64,000 nucleotides of DNA from a bacterium (GCA_021463465.1 JAJTYH010000002.1:201799-265798), one strand, 5' to 3'; shown: positions 1-9,614, counted from the first letter of the stretch. Numbers and translations: made by a program. Notes: generated by a model from the letters alone, not told the origin.

Positions 1-1
1 A

Positions 2-2512
2 AACCTTATCCCTTCAGCTCACTATCGAAAATCAGCAAAGATTGCTGGAGATACCTCAGGAAACTACCATCCACACGGTGAGGCTGTTATCTACCCTACA
101 ATGGTTAAGTTGGCACAAGAGTTTGCAACTCGATACCCTCTAATTGATGGACAAGGAAACTTCGGCTCAATTGACGGTGACCCACCCGCAGCTATGCGAT
201 ACACAGAGTCAAAGATGACCAAGATTACTGTAGAGATGCTTAAGGATCTTGAAAAAGGTACAGTGACATACTTACCTAACTATGACGGAACAAGATTAGA
301 ACCGACAATTTTGCCTGCAGCTTTTCCGCAATTACTTGCCAATGGTAGTGATGGTATCGCAGTAGGAATGGCAACCAAAATTCCTCCTCATAACCTAGGA
401 GAACTTATTACGGCACTACGAGCAATGATTAAGGCGGGAAATTCTTCTAAAGACGCTCCTATTTATAACGAGCTCCGTCTTTTAAGAGAGAAAACTGAGA
501 CTATTCCAATGACTTTGGATCGTAAACCAGAGAATTACTTAGACAATTATCTCCATAAAGAGGATACAGATTATACTCAGCAATTTGAAGCTCTTAAACA
601 AAGGCTCGAAAGTGGCGAAGTTTTGTACCCTGAGTTTAAATCTGAGCTCACCCCTGAAGACCTAATCGCTATCATTCCTGGTCCGGACTTTCCAACTGGA
701 AGTACTATTTACAACCGACAAGAGATTCTAAATGTGTATTCAACAGGGCGTGGAAAAATTCTCCAGCGAGCCAAAGCCAGTATTGAGGAAAATAGCAAGG
801 GACGTTTCGAAATCGTAGTAACTGAAATTCCTTACCAGGTGAACAAAGCCTACCTGATTGAAAAGATTGCTGATTTAGTTAAAGAGAAGAAGGTTGAAGG
901 AATTGCTGACATCAGAGATGAGTCCAATATCGAAGGTATGAGAGTTGTGATTGTACTCAAAAAGGACGGACAACCTAAAGCTGTACTGAACAAGCTCTAC
1001 AAGTACACCGAAATGCAAAAGGTATTCAGCGCGAATATGATCGCTTTAGTTGAGCAGGAACCCAAAACCCTGACCTTAAAGCACATGCTTGAGCTTTTCT
1101 TAAGCTTTAGAATTTCGGTAGTTGTAAGGCGATTTGAGTTTGATTTAGCACAAGATAGATACAGGGCACATATTCTTGAAGGTCTGCTAAAAGCTTTAGA
1201 CATTATTGATGAGATTATTACCACTATTCGTAAATCTAAGACTCAAGAAGAATCTAAGGAAAACTTGATGACCAAGTTCGAATTCACCTCTGTCCAAGCC
1301 CAAGCTATCTTAGATATGCAACTTAGAAAACTCGCTGCACTTGAGCGTGAAAAATTGCAAGATGAGTTCAAAGAGGTTTCTAACAACATCGATTACTACA
1401 CCAAGACTTTAGCCGACCAAACCAAAATTCTGGAGGTTATTGATAATGAGTTGGAAGAGATAAACAAAGCACATGCTGATGAACGGAGAACAAAGGTAAT
1501 CAAGGGAAAGATAGACGAAATCTCAGAGGAAGACATGGTAGCAGCGGAAGATACCTTGGTAACCATCAGCCATGAGGGTTACATCAAACGAGTTAACCCA
1601 AGCGTATACAAGCTCCAAAATCGTGGTGGAAAAGGCGTAGTTGGAGCTACAACCAAGCAGGACGATTGGGTAGAACATGCACTACTTTGTAATACTCATG
1701 ATGACTTGATGCTCTTTAGTAATCAAGGTAGAGTCTTTAAAATCAGAGTCTTCGAAGTACCAGAATACGGTCGAACTGCTAAAGGTTTACCGCTTGTAAA
1801 CCTTATTCAATTACAACAGGGAGAGTTAGTTACCAGCCTACTAACAATGTCTAAGGAAGGCAAAATCGGAGACAAAGGTATGGAATCAGAAGGAGACCAA
1901 AGAGAGTATAAGTATCTATTTATGGCAACCCGTAAGGGAACTGTAAAGAAAACCGATATCTCAGAGTTTGAAAAGATACGTAGCAACGGCCTTATTGCTG
2001 CTAAATTGGAAGATGGGGATCAACTCCTATGGGTAAAACCTACAACTGGAAATGATGACATACTGTTAGCTTCTATGTTTGGTAAATGTATTCGCTTTGC
2101 TGAAAAGGGTGTACGACCAACCGGTAGAGCTACAATGGGAGTTCGAGGTATTAAGATGAGTAAAGCTGAGGATAATTTAATATCAATGGATGTAGTAACA
2201 GATAACAATGGTCTTGTATTCTCACTCTCACAGAAGGGTTACGGTAAGATGACCAAACTCGACCAATACGCTCAACAGGGCAGGGGAGGGCAAGGTGTAT
2301 TTACATTCAAGGTAAACCCTAAAACGGGCAATTTAATTGTAAACAGGGTAGTTGCTAATATTGATGTTGAGATGGTAGTAATTTCGGAAGGTGGGCAGGT
2401 AATTAAGACACCGTTGAAAGCAATTCCCGTGCTGCTTCAAAGACAAACTTCAGGAGTCAAGGTAATGACTCTGTACGAAGGAGATAGCGTTGCCGCACTC
2501 GCACTACTTTAA
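2..2512 (+). CDS. gyrA: DNA gyrase subunit A, 5'-truncated by window start
   Basis: In-frame upstream translation gives ...NYHPHGEAVIYPTMVKLAQEF (catalytic-Tyr region/KYHPHG motif). GPDFPTG motif and C-terminal beta-pinwheel repeats follow. ~60-aa insertion relative to E. coli between the ALRAMIK and GPDFPT regions. Confidence 0.95.
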   Translation, partial: NLIPSAHYRKSAKIAGDTSGNYHPHGEAVIYPTMVKLAQEFATRYPLIDGQGNFGSIDGDPPAAMRYTESKMTKITVEMLKDLEKGTVTYLPNYDGTRLEPTILPAAFPQLLANGSDGIAVGMATKIPPHNLGELITALRAMIKAGNSSKDAPIYNELRLLREKTETIPMTLDRKPENYLDNYLHKEDTDYTQQFEALKQRLESGEVLYPEFKSELTPEDLIAIIPGPDFPTGSTIYNRQEILNVYSTGRGKILQRAKASIEENSKGRFEIVVTEIPYQVNKAYLIEKIADLVKEKKVEGIADIRDESNIEGMRVVIVLKKDGQPKAVLNKLYKYTEMQKVFSANMIALVEQEPKTLTLKHMLELFLSFRISVVVRRFEFDLAQDRYRAHILEGLLKALDIIDEIITTIRKSKTQEESKENLMTKFEFTSVQAQAILDMQLRKLAALEREKLQDEFKEVSNNIDYYTKTLADQTKILEVIDNELEEINKAHADERRTKVIKGKIDEISEEDMVAAEDTLVTISHEGYIKRVNPSVYKLQNRGGKGVVGATTKQDDWVEHALLCNTHDDLMLFSNQGRVFKIRVFEVPEYGRTAKGLPLVNLIQLQQGELVTSLLTMSKEGKIGDKGMESEGDQREYKYLFMATRKGTVKKTDISEFEKIRSNGLIAAKLEDGDQLLWVKPTTGNDDILLASMFGKCIRFAEKGVRPTGRATMGVRGIKMSKAEDNLISMDVVTDNNGLVFSLSQKGYGKMTKLDQYAQQGRGGQGVFTFKVNPKTGNLIVNRVVANIDVEMVVISEGGQVIKTPLKAIPVLLQRQTSGVKVMTLYEGDSVAALALL

Positions 2513-2528
2513 TTTATATAAATGACAA

Positions 2529-3137
2529 ATGAGAGGTGTATATGCTAGTAGATTGCTGAAAAACAACCATGCAATAAGGTCACTAACATTATCTGACTTT
2601 GGAGTCTGGTCTGGTTCAAACCTGATTGGAGTTGTATTCCCACTATTCGTAATTGGTCAGATTCAAGGCGCAACTGTAACTGACGCGGGAATTTCAACTA
2701 TGATTTATCTTGGTATTGCAGCACTTTGCAATATACCACTAGGAAGATTTATGGATAAGCACGTTGGGTTAAAAGACGAACTCACATTGCTAGCCATTAG
2801 TAATCTTGTTCGTGGAATTTCATTAATTGCTTTAGCTCTAACAACTTCATTGTACTGGCTATTTATTTTGCAAGCTGTACTTGGCATTGCAAAATCAATG
2901 AATACAACATCCTGGAGGATACTATTTAGTAGGTTCTTGGATAAAAACAATATTGGTAGATCCTGGGGAGCTTATGACACTGTAATGTCGATTGGATTTG
3001 GAATTGCTGCATTTCTTGGAGGGTATTTAGGTGAAAACCTGGGCTATAACATTGTAATCTTTATTGGAGGTATTATGTCTTTGATTTCAACTTTTTTCCC
3101 TCTTATGTCATTTAAAGACATAGAGGGGGTACAATAA
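2529..3137 (+). CDS. 6-TM MFS-like half transporter (C-terminal half only; possible truncated remnant)
   Basis: Six hydrophobic helices and a PLGRFMDK loop resembling the MFS motif. Architecture parallels the C-terminal half of the MFS protein at 37046-38314. No N-terminal half is present because gyrA ends 17 bp upstream. Confidence 0.4.
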   Translation: MRGVYASRLLKNNHAIRSLTLSDFGVWSGSNLIGVVFPLFVIGQIQGATVTDAGISTMIYLGIAALCNIPLGRFMDKHVGLKDELTLLAISNLVRGISLIALALTTSLYWLFILQAVLGIAKSMNTTSWRILFSRFLDKNNIGRSWGAYDTVMSIGFGIAAFLGGYLGENLGYNIVIFIGGIMSLISTFFPLMSFKDIEGVQ

Positions 3138-3140
3138 GGG

Positions 3141-4028
3141 ATGTTGAACAAATCCAAACGGATTCGACTCATTCTTACAGGTTTAGTATTGCCGCTGTTT
3201 TTTGCTTTAATTGTATTAGCCTTTTTATTAAATAAATACAGCTATGTATTTTTAACAACTAAACAAGGGCAAACTAGCTATTTAGAGCCAGCACAACAGG
3301 AGCAACCTACTCTAGATATTCCTAAAGTTGAAGCTCCAAAAGTACCCAAAATAAAGACCACGAATTCAGTAGAGGAGAAGCCTAAACCTACCACTAATAG
3401 TACAAACTCCAATTGGTGGGAATATCCACGAAGAATTTACACCACAACTAAATCGGGTAACAATTTGCTAGTACTTGTAAATAAAAAGTATAAATTACCT
3501 AGTAGCTACAAACCAACAGACCTTGTAAGTGTTAAACAGAGCGGTATTCGCACTAAAGGTAACGCTGAATATTCTGTGCGTCAGGTCTTGATAGCCGATC
3601 TTAAAGCAATGAATAAGGCTGCTAAGGCAGATGGCGTTGATATTTCAGTAATATCAGCGTATCGATCGTATTCTACCCAGGTTTCTACTTACGACTACTG
3701 GGTAAAATATAATGGAAGTGCAGCTGCCGCTGACAAAATATCCGCACGTCCTGGCCACAGCCAGCACCAGCTAGGCACTGCAATTGATTTTAGTAGTAAC
3801 CAAATAGGCGATAGATTAGGAGCAGAGTTTAATAATACTAAAGCTAGCAAATGGCTTGTTCAAAACGCTTGGAAGTACGGGTTTGTAATTAGCTATCCTC
3901 AAGGGTACGAAAGTATCACAGGTTATGCATATGAGAGTTGGCATTACAGATATATTGGGGTTGGAAACGCTTTAAAAATGAATACTCAAAATCAAATTCT
4001 TGAAATCTTTCTACAAAAACACCCGTGA
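3141..4028 (+). CDS. D-Ala-D-Ala carboxypeptidase, peptidase M15B (VanY-like), membrane anchored
   Basis: N-terminal TM. SARPGHSQHQLGTAIDF motif (the SxHxxGxAxD zinc-binding signature of VanY/M15) and a later ESWHYRY motif. Confidence 0.75.
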   Translation: MLNKSKRIRLILTGLVLPLFFALIVLAFLLNKYSYVFLTTKQGQTSYLEPAQQEQPTLDIPKVEAPKVPKIKTTNSVEEKPKPTTNSTNSNWWEYPRRIYTTTKSGNNLLVLVNKKYKLPSSYKPTDLVSVKQSGIRTKGNAEYSVRQVLIADLKAMNKAAKADGVDISVISAYRSYSTQVSTYDYWVKYNGSAAAADKISARPGHSQHQLGTAIDFSSNQIGDRLGAEFNNTKASKWLVQNAWKYGFVISYPQGYESITGYAYESWHYRYIGVGNALKMNTQNQILEIFLQKHP

Positions 4029-4251
4029 ATCAGAAATTCGATTTAGATTCTTGGCCATTGTTTTATTAGTGATATTTCACTCAAACCATAGGCTAATCGT
4101 CAAACTTCCTGGATTTCTTGGAACAATCCTGCTGTTTTACAGTTAACTTTTCGTCACGATTACGACTGTAACTGCTTTGCTCTATCATGTGCGTTATGTT
4201 TATACACTGACGCACCTGCGGTTACTTTTACATTAATGAGATATTTTAACC

Positions 4252-5358
4252 CTACTTGAAATTCCCAACAGAAACCTCATATTTAAAGGATTCAAGGGTC
4301 CTCAAACTTGTGTCGACTCCCCAGTTAGCGCCAGGATAGTGAGTATCACTCTCAACTTCCAAAAGAATTAAACCTACAACTTTCTCTCTGGCTTGAATCT
4401 TCCTTAAACAATCACTAAGCCATTCAGCTTTATTGCCTCCTCTTTCAGCTGAACCAAACTCAGCTACCATAACCTTTTTAGGATACTTTGAGATCTGGTC
4501 AAATTGGGCAACGAATAGCTCATCGCAAGACTTCCAACGATTTGCAGGTTCACCCACACCAATTCCATGATTTAAAATAGAAAGCCCTATTACATCAACA
4601 AATCCGTCGCCAGGATAGTACAAACTAACTACGTCTGGCCAATAGGCGAGGGGGCTCCACATAAATTCAACATTGAAGGCCTCTTCCTCTCTAAACAATC
4701 TCACGACGTGTTGATAGGCCTCTTTAAACCCTTCAGGATCACCTTGCCAAGGATAAGCATAAACATCCCCAACCGGAGTTGACTGCTCATGAGCAAACCT
4801 GAGGATTAAGCGGATGTTGGTAGATTTGGAATCTTTAGCCCACTGCCTGATGTAATCATCATGTTTACCTTCAATTATGGTCTTAAAGCTATATTTTTCC
4901 TGTTTTTTCCCTCTAGTTACTTTATTTAAATCTCTTGCCCAAGGTTCCCAGGTAATTACTGGGGTAATGCCGGTTTTCTGCCATCCTTCCACATACTCAA
5001 AGGGGAAAATAGATTCATATTTATCTCCCCAGGCCCTAAAAACCAAATTGTAATTGAGTTTATGGCCAATCATATCTTCAAAAGCCAAGACTGACGCAAA
5101 TGACTTAGGGTTGTTTGATGGATCATAAATTCCTAGTCCGACCCGATTATCGTTCACAAATTCATACTGAGAAACAAAATTGCCAGATTTAGGTTGAATC
5201 TGTAGTAAATCGTAGACAAGTAGCTTAACCCTCGACATCCTAGTTTCAACCTGAAACATAACCTCTTTGACCCCAACTGATCTAACGTAAAAAAGCGCTC
5301 CGACAAAGAGTAAAATAACAATCGTTGCCAACACTAACTTGAATACACGTATAAACAC
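4252..5358 (-). CDS. Glycoside hydrolase, clan GH-A (GH26-like endo-beta-glycanase), membrane anchored
   Basis: N-terminal TM. FAHEQ (candidate acid/base Glu) and VAEFGS (candidate nucleophile Glu) in GH26/GH5-like spacing. Trp/aromatic-rich substrate-binding stretches. Confidence 0.5.
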   Translation of the reverse strand: MFIRVFKLVLATIVILLFVGALFYVRSVGVKEVMFQVETRMSRVKLLVYDLLQIQPKSGNFVSQYEFVNDNRVGLGIYDPSNNPKSFASVLAFEDMIGHKLNYNLVFRAWGDKYESIFPFEYVEGWQKTGITPVITWEPWARDLNKVTRGKKQEKYSFKTIIEGKHDDYIRQWAKDSKSTNIRLILRFAHEQSTPVGDVYAYPWQGDPEGFKEAYQHVVRLFREEEAFNVEFMWSPLAYWPDVVSLYYPGDGFVDVIGLSILNHGIGVGEPANRWKSCDELFVAQFDQISKYPKKVMVAEFGSAERGGNKAEWLSDCLRKIQAREKVVGLILLEVESDTHYPGANWGVDTSLRTLESFKYEVSVGNFK

Positions 5359-5401
5359 TATAGGTTGTTACTTAAAGCTAAATAAGGTATAATTCTTCAT
5401 T

Positions 5402-6958
5402 ATGTTATACAACATATTAACAAAAGCAATAGGAGTTTTGGCCATCGTAGGTGGATTCCTTTATCTGGACTGGACTTTACAGTCACTTAACTGGAGTCAC
5501 CCATTCTTAGCCTTAGCTACTTACTTTTTTAGTGTGTTCAGTTTCCTTCTAACATTAATCCTTGTTATCAATAACTGGTATTCGCATAAAAAGGAAGTTA
5601 AGCCTAATGCTCTTTCTGAAGAAGATTTGCCAAGTGTTGCTATTATTATCCCTACATGGAGAGAGCCTCTTCATGTGCTTGAAAAGACTATATACTCAAT
5701 TCTTAATGGAAGCTATCCTTTAGATAAGCTTCTAATTGTAGTTTCAGATGATGCTGCGGATATTGAGCTGAAAACTCTAGTTCACTACTTAAGAAATAAG
5801 TACAAAGTAAACTTGGTTTACCACAAAGCTCCTGCCAAGGGTTCTACTCAAAGAATAGGTGAAGGTAAAGCCGGAAATCTTAATTCAGCTTATGAACTAA
5901 TCAAAGGATTTGATTTCATTAAATATATAGAGACTCGTGATGCTGACGATTTGGTAGGCGATAGGAACTTCTTAATCAAAGCTGTTACCGAACTTGAAAG
6001 TAACGAAAAACTTGCTTATGTGCAGACTATCAAAGAAGCATATGGGTCAAGAAACGATCCATTTTCAAACAGAGAACGTTTCTTCTATCACAATGTAATG
6101 CTTAACAAACAGGCAGCTAACGCCGTATTTCCATGCGGTTCGGGCTTAGTTTGGCGAAAAATCGCCCTTGAAGATATCAATGGGTTTTCAGCGTGGAATT
6201 TAGTTGAAGACGTACAATCAGGTATCGATGCCCTTAAAAAGGGTTGGGAAGGTAAGTATCTACCTATTATCGGAGCCGTAGTGCAGGTAGCACCTGAAGA
6301 CCTGCAGAATGTAGTAAAGCAGAGAACAACCTGGGCAATGGATTCACTCAGAATGTTTTTCTGGGAGGATATGAAAGGGTTGTCATTTAAACAGAAGTTA
6401 CAGTTTTTAGACGCACCTTTAACCTACCTATTTAGTATTTTCATGTTCTTACAAATGATTGTTGTGTCCTCGACTTTAATAACCGGTGATATCCCTATTA
6501 AAGGCGATATCTTTATCTATGCTTTTCACGTAATGACTTCAATCCTTGCTAATTTCATCTTTATTTCAGCACTACGCAGAAATACTAACGTTAAGATGAT
6601 TGAGGTTATTAAAAGTGTGCTTTTCTTCCTAGGATTAGGTCCACAATTCCTTATTAGTCTGGTAAAGGTACTAGTATACGGTAAGAATAGAAAACCTAAG
6701 TATGTCGTCACTAGAAGGGAAAATATCAACAAAATCTACCTTTCACACGTATTACCTCAAATCGTAATCATTGATCTAATATTGTTTAGTGTCTTGAGGA
6801 ATATCCAAATTTCAGGAGTAGAGAGTGATTGGATCAACATTATTTGGGCAATTGGATATATTGTGATGTATTTCAGGATTATAAAGCTATCCTGGTTTAA
6901 CTACGGATTCTTTAAGAGTCCTTTGGTGATAGCAAATACGCAGCTTAAAGAAGCTTAA
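5402..6958 (+). CDS. Processive family-2 glycosyltransferase (cellulose/chitin-synthase-like), polytopic membrane protein
   Basis: SDDAADIE (D,D) and RDADD (DxD) motifs, VED (TED-like), and KQRTTWAMD (variant of the Q(R/Q)xRW motif). N- and C-terminal TM bundles. Confidence 0.65.
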   Translation: MLYNILTKAIGVLAIVGGFLYLDWTLQSLNWSHPFLALATYFFSVFSFLLTLILVINNWYSHKKEVKPNALSEEDLPSVAIIIPTWREPLHVLEKTIYSILNGSYPLDKLLIVVSDDAADIELKTLVHYLRNKYKVNLVYHKAPAKGSTQRIGEGKAGNLNSAYELIKGFDFIKYIETRDADDLVGDRNFLIKAVTELESNEKLAYVQTIKEAYGSRNDPFSNRERFFYHNVMLNKQAANAVFPCGSGLVWRKIALEDINGFSAWNLVEDVQSGIDALKKGWEGKYLPIIGAVVQVAPEDLQNVVKQRTTWAMDSLRMFFWEDMKGLSFKQKLQFLDAPLTYLFSIFMFLQMIVVSSTLITGDIPIKGDIFIYAFHVMTSILANFIFISALRRNTNVKMIEVIKSVLFFLGLGPQFLISLVKVLVYGKNRKPKYVVTRRENINKIYLSHVLPQIVIIDLILFSVLRNIQISGVESDWINIIWAIGYIVMYFRIIKLSWFNYGFFKSPLVIANTQLKEA

Positions 6959-7069
6959 AACTTTCCCTACGTTTGAAATTTCTGTTGAAATAAAGAGTTA
7001 ATCCTTCTACTAAATACACCTTGCGTATATTCATTAGAAGAATCAGTGAAGATGCTGAAGAGTAGTGTT

Positions 7070-7096
7070 GCCCTGCGGCATTCGCAGCCGCAGGGC
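7070..7096. terminator. GC-rich perfect hairpin (10-bp stem, 7-nt loop) between convergent genes
   Basis: gccctgcggc-attcgca-gccgcagggc. Weak T-run (cacttttac) follows on the + strand. Sits at the left edge of the GC-rich segment. Confidence 0.45.
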
Positions 7097-7106
7097 CAGA
7101 ACACTT

Positions 7107-7739
7107 TTACTCAACCGAACAACCATCCAATTCTTCGCGGACCTCAGCCCATGCATCGACAAACGCCGTCACAAAAGCCTGAGGATCGCCTCCGTCAAAC
7201 TGAATAATTGTTGACATGGGGACATCCCAAGATGACATGAGACTCGTGTAGTGTGGAACGTAGGTTCCGACACACATGTAATGAGTCACCGACCTGGATT
7301 GAACCCATTGATGGTAGTCACGCATCGCAATAAATATCGATCTGTTTTCGGTGACACCGTCAACTGCACCCAGCTTCAGTTCCTCTTCGGCGAATTCACC
7401 CCACGAGACAACGAGTTGTCCGTTTCCCCACGGGATATACGCCTGGAACCAGGATCCGTGATCAATGGAATCAACGCCGTACGTGTCTGAGATGAAATCT
7501 TCAGTCCACGTATAAAATCTCGGCGTCGATGTATCTCCAACGACCGCATGTCCGTCTTCGTCAGTCCACTCAAGAACTTCTCCTGCCTTTTCGTGGCTGA
7601 CAACGTCAACCGCTGAACCTGACTCAGGCCCGGCGGCTTGGATTGAACCGTTAGGACGGAACGCCGTGAATACCAGAGCAATCGCTCCCACGAGTCCAAG
7701 TCCGAACAGAAATCCGAGTAACGTACTGTTTCGCTTCAT
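7107..7739 (-). CDS. Secreted/membrane-anchored hypothetical protein encoded by an anomalously GC-rich segment
   Basis: N-terminal hydrophobic signal/anchor (LLGFLFGLGLVGAIALVFTAF). Trp- and Asp-rich, no recognisable family. Local GC ~50% vs ~38% in flanks. Confidence 0.55.
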   Translation of the reverse strand: MKRNSTLLGFLFGLGLVGAIALVFTAFRPNGSIQAAGPESGSAVDVVSHEKAGEVLEWTDEDGHAVVGDTSTPRFYTWTEDFISDTYGVDSIDHGSWFQAYIPWGNGQLVVSWGEFAEEELKLGAVDGVTENRSIFIAMRDYHQWVQSRSVTHYMCVGTYVPHYTSLMSSWDVPMSTIIQFDGGDPQAFVTAFVDAWAEVREELDGCSVE

Positions 7740-7794
7740 ATGATCATCTCCTTGTTTGTAAGCGAATCTAACTTGATTTGTTTTTACCTATTTA

Positions 7795-7834
7795 CACCCA
7801 CTCAACTCTCTATAATTAAAGAGTTCAGTGGGTG
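7795..7834. promoter_or_regulatory. 15-bp inverted repeat with a TATAAT-like loop in a divergent intergenic region
   Basis: cacccactcaactct-ctataattaa-agagttcagtgggtg (one mismatch), between the start of the GC-rich gene (7739) and the next + strand gene. Confidence 0.4.
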
Positions 7835-8043
7835 AAACAGTTTTTCAAACCAATAAGTTCGCAAGGTGTAAAAATCATCTTCACTGATATATACCCGATA
7901 GTAGTAGATTAAAATCTTACTACCAAGTATTTTAAAAGATCAATCTAAATAAGAAATTCAGATCTGCACAATTATATAATAGGTGAGAAGGGGAAGTCAA
8001 TACTATAGGTTGTATGGCAGATGACAAATTGATATAATTGACG

Positions 8044-9201
8044 ATGGTTAATAATGCTAACACACAAGAAATTAATAGATTAAATGCGTTAAGGGAGCAA
8101 ATTACCTTTCCTATCGGAATGGATTCAGGAGAAATTTTGGATCAAGTACCTCAAGCAGAACAAATTTTAGCAGAGTTAGATGCTGGATTTGTTGAACTAC
8201 CTTCGCTTGATGAAGCCTTAAAGGCAAAACTTGGCGACAATGCGGAAAACCTTTTGAAAGCAGAAGGTTTTAGAGTGTTAGATATCAGAAACAATCAGTG
8301 CACATATCTATCTACCAAGAACCTCCCAAATGGCCGCAAAGAACTAAGGTCGCACTGGAAAAAACTCCTCAAAGAACTCCCAGAGGAAGCCTCTGTTAAG
8401 TCTATTGGTGATATTCTCCTAGTAACTCAGAGCGTTAAAGATGGAGTACTGACAAACAAACTTCATGTACTTGTAGATTTAAGAGAAAATGAATCAAGCA
8501 AAAAGGATGGGATAAGTCTATCAATACTTCAAGAGAAAGAAGACGGACATGTTTGGGATGTTAATAATTTGTACGGAATAAAGAGTAAAGTTTACTTGAA
8601 AAATAACGAACTGGTTTGGTTATTTATCAATCCATTTAAGTACTTTGGACGTATCGCCACAATTGATGGGAAAAATGTAATCCTAAACCGTTTATCACTT
8701 AATCCGGGGAGTCAAAGCTTCATTCCTGACATAGTCAAACATGAAAAGGTGCATATTAAACAGAGCTCAGAAGGAGTCCTTAAAATGGATGATGAGTTAA
8801 AGTTTGTTGCTTTTTCAATCCTTTTTCAAGATTTAGCCTCATTATCCTCACTTGCTGTTTTGATTCAACAAGGCTCACCTTGGCTATTTATGGCAAGTCT
8901 CACTGCAGCTTTAGCACTGTATATTCGTTCTAGACAAAAAGGAACTCCTTTGAACAAAGGACTGAGTAAACTACTAGCTGTTGAGGCAGAAGCATACTTT
9001 TCTTCTATTGCACACGAAAGAATTCTTAGAGATAAAGGGTATGTTGCAAGTAAACCTATACTACAACCCAAAGAGTATGCTAAACAACTTTCTTTATACC
9101 AACCTCTCACTTGGCTTTTGATCCAGAAAATTCATGAGCTTTTTACTAGGCGGAAGATAACAGCTGCTCCCTTACCGGCTACAGGATATTCTTTGAGTTA
9201 A
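8044..9201 (+). CDS. Hypothetical protein with an HExxH motif and C-terminal hydrophobic helices
   Basis: The ORF track starts on TTG at 8038; the first ATG is at 8044. VKHEKVHIKQ (HExxH) is followed by two predicted TM helices. No confident family. Confidence 0.4.
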   Translation: MVNNANTQEINRLNALREQITFPIGMDSGEILDQVPQAEQILAELDAGFVELPSLDEALKAKLGDNAENLLKAEGFRVLDIRNNQCTYLSTKNLPNGRKELRSHWKKLLKELPEEASVKSIGDILLVTQSVKDGVLTNKLHVLVDLRENESSKKDGISLSILQEKEDGHVWDVNNLYGIKSKVYLKNNELVWLFINPFKYFGRIATIDGKNVILNRLSLNPGSQSFIPDIVKHEKVHIKQSSEGVLKMDDELKFVAFSILFQDLASLSSLAVLIQQGSPWLFMASLTAALALYIRSRQKGTPLNKGLSKLLAVEAEAYFSSIAHERILRDKGYVASKPILQPKEYAKQLSLYQPLTWLLIQKIHELFTRRKITAAPLPATGYSLS

Positions 9202-9266
9202 AAGTCATTGACTCCCTACTAAAGAAATGCTTAAGTATATGAGTAAATAAATTTTGTCTCTGCCCA

Positions 9267-9614
9267 ATGGATATAGCGCAAATCAACGCTTTACTCGATT
9301 CACTAGAGGATTTGTTTAATAAAGCCGATGAAACTATTGTAAAACCTGAGAATAAGGTTTTTGTATTGGCCGGAATCTCAAACCTGAGAGATAATCCAAC
9401 TTCTGAAGAATTAGAAGGTTTCTTAGATGTGATAAAAGCTTACGCAACGCTCCCAAGCGAACAGCTTAACGCTATATCTGCCCAAGAATCACATGCAACT
9501 CAGCCACAAGTACCTTCACAAACAGCTGACGACAGTTTAGCGCAGGATCAAGCCAGACTTAAAGAATTACTTGAAAAGTTAAATAAATTAAATCAAAGCG
9601 CAGTTCAGGAGTAG
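9267..9614 (+). CDS. Small acidic hypothetical protein
   Basis: 115 aa, D/E/Q-rich, coiled-coil-like C-terminus. Immediately upstream of the giant ORF. Confidence 0.4.
   Translation: MDIAQINALLDSLEDLFNKADETIVKPENKVFVLAGISNLRDNPTSEELEGFLDVIKAYATLPSEQLNAISAQESHATQPQVPSQTADDSLAQDQARLKELLEKLNKLNQSAVQE

Noticed and set aside
997-1224. Short antisense or alternative-frame ORFs nested inside long confident genes. Examples: 997-1224, 2020-2208, 10150-10623, 11230-11634, 11644-11994, 12673-13116, 13702-14156, 26133-26441, 27759-28867, 32112-33031, 34547-34954, 41441-41725, 50764-51834, 52396-53626.
   Set aside because: Each lies wholly within, and opposite or out of frame to, a gene with strong motif support. 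Their products are low-complexity (Ser/Leu/Phe-rich) and they have no RBS or start context. They are typical spurious ORFs.
7820-7834. 10-mer cccactgaac shared between the palindrome near 7.8 kb (reverse strand) and 22708-22717, considered as island att repeats.
   Set aside because: The match is in inverted, not direct, orientation. It is only 10 bp, which is expected by chance about 0.1 times in 64 kb on both strands. It is insufficient to define attL/attR.
8038-8043. TTG/GTG start codons used by the ORF track (8038, 10163, 16145).
   Set aside because: An in-frame ATG lies within 2-18 codons in each case (8044, 10172, 16199) and removes unlikely leader residues. The ATG starts are preferred, though the non-ATG starts cannot be excluded.
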